Shown piece by piece: positions 54,318-64,000 of a stretch of DNA of 64,000 bases. Source of the stretch: Eledone cirrhosa (taxonomy: Eukaryota); assembly GCA_964016885.1 (NCBI GenBank), contig OZ024758.1, positions 10,912,001 to 10,976,000 of the forward strand, given 5' to 3'. A model generated the notes under the pieces. That model was not told where the DNA came from. It worked only from the letters and a program-made list of their open reading frames with translations, and did no database searches. The position numbers and the translations under genes were made by a program. The first letter of the stretch is position 1, and every line of letters starts with the position of its first letter.

Positions 54318-54619
54318 TTGTGTGTCTTTGTATATTTATGTTTATATATGTACATATATATATATATATGTATGTGTTTACATTTATGCATACGTGTGTA
54401 TATATATATATATAATATATATAGAGAGAGAAAGAGAGTCAGTCAGTCAGATAGCTGTATAACTATTTGTATGATTTTAGTTTCTAAATAAGTTCCAATA
54501 GGAGTGTACTTGAAAATGATTTTTAAATATTAATAATAACAGTGTTCTTGTTAGGACTTAAAGTCTCGCATCGTCTTATCGTATGTGACACATACAAACA
54601 CACGCATCTAATCTCTCAC

Positions 54620-55057
54620 ACATACACACGCTCTTTCCCTCTGTCTTTCACACACACACGCGCGCTCTTTCTCTGTCTTTCACACACACACATACACGCG
54701 CGCTCTTTCTCTGTCTTTCACACACACACACACACACACGCTTTTTCCCTCTGTCTTTCACACACACACACACGCGCGCGCTCTTTCTCTCTGTCTTTCA
54801 CACACACACGCACTCTTTCTCTGTCTTTCACACACACACACACACACACGGGCTCTTTCTCTGTCTTTTACACGCACACACACACACACACGCACACGCT
54901 CTTTCTCTGTCTTTCACACACAAACACACACACACGCGCGCTCTTGCTCTTTCACACACACAGATACACACACACACACACGCGCTCTTTCTCTGTCTTT
55001 CACACGCACACACACACACACACACACACGCTCTTTCTCTGTCTTTCACACACACAC
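54620..55057. repeat. Minisatellite cgctctttctctgtcttt-(CA)n
   Basis: About 11 units with variable (CA)n length. Confidence 0.9.
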
Positions 55058-56581
55058 AAAATATAACAAAATAAACAACATAATTCTGTAGTTCGTTGAA
55101 ATGTTTGACATTTATCGGAACAATTCCACTCCTGTCTGTTAGACATCATTGTAATTATACATATATAGAAACCGGCTTTAGTTTTTTTTTTCCCCGAGGA
55201 GGAAGTAATGACGTTAGGGAGACAATAGTGTATAGAATTGAATCTTTATACGTTCCTCTTCGAATGTTTGGTCTTTGTGATGTCTCTGACTGCAATAATT
55301 GCTTGTCAGTCAGCGTGTGAACAGTTGTACTATTTACTTGTAGCATTTTCAGTTCGCCTGTGATGACGTTAGGTGTATCAAGGCTTGCTAAAACTCTTGA
55401 ATATATCCAAGCGGAAATAAGACGTAAAATCCATCAGGGCTTTCCTGACAATGAAATAGATGTCACCAATATTAATAAAAAAAATGTGATACTATAGTTT
55501 CAAAGATGGTCATAAATCGACGAATAGCGCCCGTCCATTGATTCGGGTAGCCGCCAACAAACTACAGTGCGATTGTTATAGAAATGGTACAGACTTTGCT
55601 AATGGAGAATCGTCTTTGATGATAAGGGAAATCTGTGACGAGATTGGGTTCAGTAAATATTTTTCACGTGATGATTTAAAGGAGGTTTGGGGCATGGGGG
55701 AAAATGACAGCGAAATGTATGTTCAAGCTGCTTCTAGTTAACAGGAACTTAGAAAGTGGGTGTGATTCGTCAAAGAAACTAATTAAGAATTATTAAACAC
55801 TCCATTGATATCTCAATTTTATTTTTTACATCAAATATATTTTATATTTTATTTATTTTATTTTTCTATTTTCCTCCTTTTCCTGTTTAGAAATATTAAA
55901 AAAACAAAACAAAAAAAAACAGGACTTTGATTTTGGAAATTCCTTCTAGAAATAAATCTAGATTATTGTATGATTGTGAGTTCTCACGTTATTTATGAGT
56001 CTAACAAATGTTACTTTATCGTGATAAATTGTAATTCAGCAAACAAATAAATTAATCATCAAATATAGCGTGTTAATAATAATGTAAATAATGTAATAAT
56101 ACAGTAAATATAGGGAAGTAAAACCCACGAGGGATGTTATTTTCTACTAAATTGTGTCAGAATATATATATAAGAAAAATATGATAAAAGAAATATTTGA
56201 AAGAAAAAAAAAAGGAGAGACGGGAAGATTAAAAATAATGGGAAAACTTAGGAAATATTTTAAGTTAAATTTGGAGGCGATGATTTCCAATGTAAAATGT
56301 CAGTTTTTCGAATATTAAGTCGTCAGTTATTTCTGGTTAATTTATAATGTCATAGGCGGCATTTATTTTGTGAACATATATATATATATATATTTATTAA
56401 AATAACAATATATATTTTCCTTATCGAGCCCTCTCTGGATTTTAGTCTTCAATTTTATTATTATTACTATATATATATATATATATATCGTCGTTTCCCA
56501 CCACCACCCCACTCCCAAGAGCGTGAAATTAATAAACATTCGTTGTACTGCCTCTCTGTTTTGTTCCTGTTCAAATTTTCC

Positions 56582-56698
<117 letters not shown>

Positions 56699-57295
56699 AT
56701 ATAAAATGAAAGTGCTTTTATAAAAGAATTTATTAGGTATTGACATATGTTTCTGTAACAGACGGAATACCTATGTATCGCTGCTTGCGTAATCATATAA
56801 TGTTAGCAAGTATACGATAGCAAATGTATAATCAGTTGTCACTTCTTCAGAGATATTGGATAAATTGTAAAAAATCAGAAAAATTGAAGTATTTATATTA
56901 GTTGTAAGAAAGGAAGAAGAGAGGGGATAGTATATGACAGATGGCAATTCAATTTACTGGTAAACAAGTATATAGAAGGTTTTTAATGAGAATACAATGA
57001 GTATATGGCTTATTTTATCTAAATAAGAATTTTTGCGAGTGCCTATTTTAATCTATATTTGACCAATTGAACAATGGACAGGGCTGGTCGTTTGGTGTAG
57101 TAGTATTAATACAGATATAAAGTGTCAATTAAGGAAGAGGGAGTTTTCACTGCTACTGTATAACAACAATGCTGGTAGCCTGCTGGTTAGGAAATCTCAT
57201 TTTATCTATAGCAATTTATATTAAATGGTAAAGAATAGAAGAGTTGATAGAATTAAGACTAATAGAGAATGTTAATATGTATTTTGACAATATAT

Positions 57296-57482
57296 GGGCG
57301 GTGAATTGGCAGTATCGGTAGAGGGTTGGACGCCATGCTTTGACGCATAGAGTTACGGCCCTTGCCATTCTGAGTTCAAATCCCGCCGAGGTTAACTTTG
57401 CCTTTCATCCTTACGGGGTCGATAAAATAAAGTACCAGTAATGTACTGGATAATTGCTGGCCTTGTGCCAAAAGTAGAAACA
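57296..57482 (+). mobile_element. Same SINE family
   Basis: 21-bp TSD gttaatatgtattttgacaat at 57271-57291 and 57483-57503. Confidence 0.9.
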
Positions 57483-57556
57483 GTTAATATGTATTTTGAC
57501 AATCAAACGGAGATGGAGACAGGCGTTCAATCCTGGTAGCGTTTGTAATATGAAAA

Positions 57557-57636
57557 TCCTTACGGGGTCGATAAAATAAAGTACCAGTAATGCACTGGGT
57601 AATTGCTGGCCTTGTGCCTAAAGTAGAAACAATTAT
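57557..57636 (+). mobile_element. 5'-truncated SINE copy
   Basis: tccttacggggtcgataaaataaagtacc...agtagaaacaattatt. Confidence 0.85.
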
Positions 57637-57674
57637 TGATAACTTGAAATTTTATATATATATATATATATATA

Positions 57675-57800
57675 TAGCTGTCGAAACGGCCGGAGCTCAG
57701 CCGTCGGTGTCCTCACTCTTTTCCTATCACCCACTCTACTACCCTAAGTACTCTGGTTTGTTATGGTCCACCTTGTATCTTACCAAACCCCCTTTGTTAT
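57675..57800 (+). mobile_element. Copy of the 2891 family
   Basis: tagctgtcgaaacggccggagctcagccgtc...cccactctactaccctaagtactctgg...ttatggtccacc, between (TA)n tracts. Confidence 0.65.
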
Positions 57801-57866
57801 ATATATATATATATATATATATGGACGCAAGAATGAATACTTACTGCTGAAGTAGAGTTTAATAAT

Positions 57867-58036
57867 TGTTTCTACTTTTGGCACAAAGCCAGCAAATATC
57901 CAGTACATTACTGGTACTTTATTTTATCGACCACGTAAGGATGAAAGGCAAAGTTAACCTCGGCGGGATTTGAACTCAGAATGGCAAGGGCCGTAACTCT
58001 ATGTAGATGACCCTCTACCGATACTGCCAATCCACC
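57867..58036 (-). mobile_element. Same SINE family
   Basis: TSD gtagagtttaataat at 57852-57866 and 58037-58051. Confidence 0.9.
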
Positions 58037-58153
58037 GTAGAGTTTAATAATATTCTTTATTATGGCTAAATGATGAGCTTTGTTACTCTGGAGATTTACC
58101 TGTGAGTGCGTGTCAGTGTGCCTGTGTGATGTGTGTGTGTGTGTGTGTGTGTG

Positions 58154-58198
<45 letters not shown>

Positions 58199-58212
58199 AG
58201 TGTGCCTGTGTG

Positions 58213-58245
<33 letters not shown>

Positions 58246-60938
58246 CTGACTGTGCCTGTACGCTGTCAGTATTTGTGTGTGTCTATGTAATCCAATCATG
58301 GTTGTCTCTGAAACCGTTCACTTTAAATGGTTTGTTTGTGTGTGTGTTTGTTTGTTTTCTTTTTTTTCTCCCTTGTTTCGCTTTTTTTTTTATTAGGTTT
58401 TTTTTTTCTGTTGTTGCCTGGCTTTGATGATTACGTGTGTCCAAGTAATTAAAACCCACATTGACTCTGCGTAAACATCTTTTATGATATAAGCAAACCC
58501 AATCATATTATAGACTTCTTTGAACTTCAAAGACCCTGGGGTTTATAGGAATAAATGAGATTTTGTGTTTTCCTTAAGGACATAAGTGTTTGTAAATAGG
58601 AAGGAATGATTCAATTGGGTATTAAAACGGGTTTTTAAAGACTAGCAAAAAAAAAAAAATAATAATAATAATCCTCCATGTGGTCATTCGACATGCTAAA
58701 AATAGCAGCAAAATCTCCTCTAAATTATATTTCATCATCTTAAATATAGGAAATAGTACATTAGATAATATAGTTCTTTCACATCTGAAGAAGACGAGAT
58801 CGTCATAGTTTGAGTACATTTAACTATAGTCGTTGTTTGATCAGTGTTGTATCATTTCAGAAACGGAAACATTTGAGAATACGTTTCTAGACATCACTAG
58901 AACTACAAGATGATCACATCATTGTTGGAATGGTTTTGAGTATAGGCATGTTTGATCAGTCTCCACAACAGCAACAATAGCAACAACAACAGCTGTTCTG
59001 TTAGATTGTTCTCATTGTGTTCAGCTCCAGAAAATCAAATAACCTCACAAGTTGAAAACCGTTCTTCACACACCTTCTACTAGGCTTCAATAATCTTTTG
59101 GATTAGAAAGTATGAAGTGTGTGCATGTGTGTGGAAGTAGTCGTGCGTGTGTCTGCGTGTAGGTGTGTGTGTGTATGTCTGCGTGTGTGTAGGTTCGCGT
59201 GCTATGTCATTTTTCGTACGTTATATATTTATCTATTACTCACAACCAACAACCAGTTTTCCTACGACTTAACAGCCATGCGCAACATATATGTTAAATC
59301 AACGCCATACATTTGCGCTCAGTAGATTCCAATTGCGCAGGTCTATAATTTCTTGTGATTCCATTCCATATCGTTGGTGCTAAACTTAATATTCAGCAGT
59401 GGTGAACGAATTTTTATAAAATGCATCAGTTTACCCATGAGCTGATGCTAAATGGTATAAATAGAATATCACTCACCGTAGATAAAACAATTTTTCAATA
59501 TGGAACTAGAATATTACGTGCTTAACGTTATATAAGAACGGGGAAATGGAAAAATTAGTAAGAACGAAAAGATTATGTAAGCGTTTATAGATCTTCTTCA
59601 AGATTACTATCAGTCATTTGAAAACCGTTAATAAACTAAAACGAGAGTTACAAATAGATATATTCCTGATAAACTGATCTATTTTGTTTGTCGTATTCAT
59701 CCTATACATTTTCAACATAGCATCTTAATAAAAAAAACACAAGCATCATGTGACATCTATTCTGTGCTAGATTTGTCTGTGAAATGGTAATTCGATATCT
59801 TCGTCCCTAACTTCACCCTCTGTCTTGAATTGAATTATTAAAACTATAAATACTATGATATATATTTTTACATGATTTAGTCAAGCATTATTTTCTAACA
59901 ATACACTACCTGATTAACGATTAATATTGACAAGAAAGATCAATGGTGTTTCTCTATATGTATAAAGTCATGTTTCGTGTGTATCTCTGATCGATACCTC
60001 CCCCACCCATGGATATATTACATAGATATCAATAACTTCCTCAATAATAATATAGATTACGATACAACATAATATTTTCTCCAAAATATTATTAAGTATG
60101 CAATGTTCGATTGCGAATTGAAAATGCATAAAGAAATCGAACATTTTATACTTGATGTCCTTATATATCCTGTACGTTGTTGAATTGGGACCTTTTTTTT
60201 TTGTTTTTTTTTTTCAAAGACATCAAGAGCGTAATTTAATTAAAAATGACTCCCTCAACTAGAAACGGAACTAACTATTTACATGTCTTCCCTGACACTT
60301 TAAGTAATGATTGCTTGACAGAAGACCTATTCTGAGCAGGAAAAGGATTATAGTTGATTCAAACGACACCAATACGTATTTCCTCAATAATCTGAAGGAT
60401 TACCGTGCAGTTGTTATTGGTGTGTATGTTGTGAACACAACCTAAGTATTGATCCAAACATAAATACTGACTTAATAGTGTATTGATATAGGAAATATTT
60501 CATTAACTCTTTTGTGGAGAATTGGTAATCAATAGAGACACGTATTAAATGCTTTGTACTATTTGTTCTGGCACACTGCACTTTCAGTTCAAACCCTGTA
60601 GAAGTGAACTTTGTGTTTCAACCTTTCAGGGTCGATAAATAAAGTGCCAGTCTAGTTGAGGTAAATTATTGAATATTCTAAAGCGTTGGATGACATCTGT
60701 TTCGGATCTTTAAGTTTTGAGTTCAAATCTCACCTCAGTCACCAAATAAGTGGTGACGCCTCTACAAGGAATTGTGACCGACAGTGTCAGCAATGGAAAA
60801 GAACAATAGAAGATAGTGATTTGGCTGCTATTTCTAGCAGACAGAATAAGCACCAAACAGAGGCTTCAGGTTGTATGCATTAATGACCTAAATTATCTGT
60901 TTCAATCGTCTATGACGAAAGGTAAATCTCAAAAATAA

Positions 60939-60981
<43 letters not shown>

Positions 60982-60983
60982 TT

Positions 60984-61095
<112 letters not shown>

Positions 61096-61726
61096 GTGTG
61101 TTAATCTAAGGCGAATTGCTGGTGTGGCATACTGAGAACATACAAGCAACCAAGTGTTGTAATACAACGTAGTGAATGTTAGTCTGTCTAAGTAAGGTTT
61201 ACCTTGTTTTTATACTTATATATATTTATCAGGCGAACATCTTAGCTAAACAACGATCGATATCCAATTATTTGCTATCTACGCAGATAAATTGTCATCA
61301 TGCCGATTTAGCACTTAACTATTTTACTGAAATGTCTTGTAACATCATTAAGTTGTCAGATAGAATTTAACATTCTTTTTCATGATGACTTTTTATTTAT
61401 GAATGGCTTGGAAATGTACTACTTGAAATAACGAGTTTGTTGACCCCAGAAATACGTCAAACACCAAGATTAAGTTGTTTTTTTTCTTTAATGAATGAAA
61501 ATGAATAGTTCCCAAAAGGGTTACTGAAACTATTGTACTCGAGGTCCGTGTGAGCTATGTTAAACATTTCCAGTATTTTATGAACCCCTTCTCTAACTTC
61601 TTACTCCTCTTAGTATTTTCTCAAGCCAACAACAAATACCAAAATAAAAACAAGAAGAAAATTAATTTCTTCGTTTGTAGCAAGCCTTTTGTGGGTCTTC
61701 AACCTAACACCTTAGTTTGGGTAATA

Positions 61727-62071
61727 CAGTGGTTTCCACACGTTCCTGTACCAAGGAACCTTTTTGTTTAAATCCATTCTCCTACGAACCCCTCGCTACA
61801 ATTGCAACCTAGATTGTATTTTTATGTGCCAATAATATTAATTACAAAAGAAATGTGTATGTATGTATACATGGAAAAGTAGTGTGTGTGTGTGTGTGTG
61901 TAAATATACAGGGTGTCCCCAAAAATATATACGCACTTTGAATACCTCTACAGGCAATATTTATTAAAATGGCGTATCCGTTTTTTTGGGGGAAGACACC
62001 CTATATATATATATAATACAGTGCTTAAAATTTTGAACTTAGCTCACGGAATCCCAGGTTGGGAACCGCTA
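61727..62071. mobile_element. hAT/Charlie-like non-autonomous element
   Basis: Ends cagtggtttccac and ggttgggaaccgct resemble CAGTGGTTCCCAA terminal repeats; subterminal ggaacc/cgaacccct motifs; no clear TSD. Confidence 0.55.
61909..62003. mobile_element. Same MITE family, nested in a hAT-like element
   Basis: TA-cagggtgtccccaaaaa...tttttgggggaagacaccct-a. Confidence 0.75.
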
Positions 62072-63541
62072 AATTAGGCTGACCCCTTAAATACTTGCTC
62101 AAAACGGTAAACTAAAGTGACTTATTCGTATAGTTGTTTTTAAAGAATGGCTTAGGACTGTTGTACGCAAAGTATGGAGTTAAGCTGACCCCCTACACAT
62201 TTTTTGTTCCAAAACGGCACGAATAAAAATTTTGGTTGAAAAGAGTTTTAACTGGAGTCCACTTATATGTTAATTTAACAATTTCAAAGCACTGAAAGAA
62301 ATGTTTTCATTCGATTCTTCCAGAACATTAACTCAGCAAATTAACCAAAAAACAAATCTTAGACGTTTGAATTTTGGTGATGTTCGTGTTGGAGGTGGTG
62401 TTGGTGTTGTTGTTGGTGGTGGTGGTGTTGTTTTGTTTTCGAATTTTATATAATACTTAATATTTAGATATCTCAAGTACAAGATATCATTCATTCTCCT
62501 CCTCTTCCCCTATCCCTCCCCCTCTTCCTCTCCCTCCCCCGTCTTCATCTCCCCCCTCTTCCTCTCCCCCTCTCTCTCCATCTCATCTCCATCTCATCTC
62601 CCCCTCTCTCCATCTCCTCTCACTATCCCCCTATCCATCCCCCCATATCCCCCTATCTCTCCCCCTCCCCCTCTTTTCTCTTCCTTTCTCTCCACCTGAG
62701 ACACAAACGCATTTATTTATATATAAGCGAGGCGTTAGAGGGGGGGGGGGGAGAGGGACATGCAGACAGAGAGGAAGAAACAAAGAGAAAAAAGTAGAAA
62801 AAGAATGAAAAAAGAAAGAGAAGAGAAAGATTTATGTGTTAGTCCATATGAGATGTGACAGGAAGTTGGTGATAAGAGGAAATGTGACAGGTGGGTTTGG
62901 TATGCTTGGGTTGAGGTTTTATGTCATTAAAGACATCAGAGAAATAAAGATTGGTTGTAGTAGCAATAGAACAGGATACTAATAGAGAATAACTAAGGGC
63001 AAACATGAAATGTATTGTCTGACTTTGCTGCTATTTAATTCCATTTTAACGCTCACACCTCCAACCTAAAATTAAACAAAGTACCAGTCTAGTACTGGAG
63101 TCAAATCTTTTTCTAAATCTTTCTCACTTCCTCTCTTTTACTTTCTATCCTTCTGTGGAAAACATCTGCGGTGTTCAAGCCTGGGGAGGAGATAGGGCTG
63201 GCTCTGCCAGGATTAAAATGCCACAGAAACATCATATATCAATAAGCGTCCCTAGGATTCCCTCGGGAGTTATAGGATAAACCTAATCACTTAGATGGTG
63301 ACAATGTAAGGAGATTGTTAGGTGAGTCTAGTTGGCCACCTTTTAGGTTGCATCTCATGCGGTTATTTGTGAGGTTTAATGATTTGGGTCCACACATATC
63401 ATTATCAACCTACAGAGGCGTTCCATTACTTTTGACTCGGATGAAGACGTATGAGATAATTAGAGAAAGGACTTTTTGAAATGTTTAAGCTTTTCAAAGC
63501 AAACAAACGTTGTTTGAGTTGACACAAAATAAACATGTGTA

Positions 63542-63572
<31 letters not shown>

Positions 63573-63602
63573 GCACATACATTTATGTACGTTGTAATAT
63601 AG

Positions 63603-63660
<58 letters not shown>

Positions 63661-63794
63661 GTAAAGTTATATTTAAAATTGTTGGGTTACAACTAGTAAA
63701 TATTTATAACTGATATAAAAGCACTCGACAAATATTTGGAGTATATTTACAATATTAAATAAATGGATTTATTAAATAAATCCATTTATTTAAT

Positions 63795-63800
<6 letters not shown>
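63661..63800 (-). mobile_element. Second, more truncated copy of the 3411 family, also ending in a fold-back
   Basis: aaagttatatttaaaattgttggg...gcactcgacaaa matches ~3413-3517. It ends in hairpin tacaatattaaataaatggattta/taaatccatttatttaatattgta and lies between (TA)n tracts. Confidence 0.65.
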
Positions 63801-63875
<75 letters not shown>

Positions 63876-64000
63876 GCACATATATTTATGTACGATGTAA
63901 TATATATATATATATATAATATATATACATTTATATATATATACATACATTTATGTACGATGTACATATATATATATAATATATATATATATATATACAT

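Overview
AT-rich animal genomic DNA, almost certainly intronic/intergenic. The SINE families and extreme (TA)n/(CA)n/(GA)n density suggest an octopod cephalopod (inference from recalled repeat sequences, not a database search). Nearly all ORFs in the supplied track are microsatellite artefacts. The only credible host coding sequence is one 227-nt internal exon on the + strand (26717-26943) of an unidentified gene. The rest is simple repeats, minisatellites, about 11 young copies of one tRNA-derived SINE with target-site duplications, older SINEs, RTE-type LINE relics, a non-autonomous Helitron, and Tc1/mariner, hAT and piggyBac-like MITEs. The most interesting signal is a set of short modules embedded in (TA)n tracts. 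They carry minimal type I hammerhead ribozyme motifs, several followed by AATAAA, and are repeatedly folded back into inverted repeats. This matches Penelope-like element (PLE) pseudo-LTR relics from several unrelated families. Hammerheads in PLEs are established knowledge. Their density, core variants and the fold-backs that also copy non-PLE flanks across (TA)n are what merit a second look.
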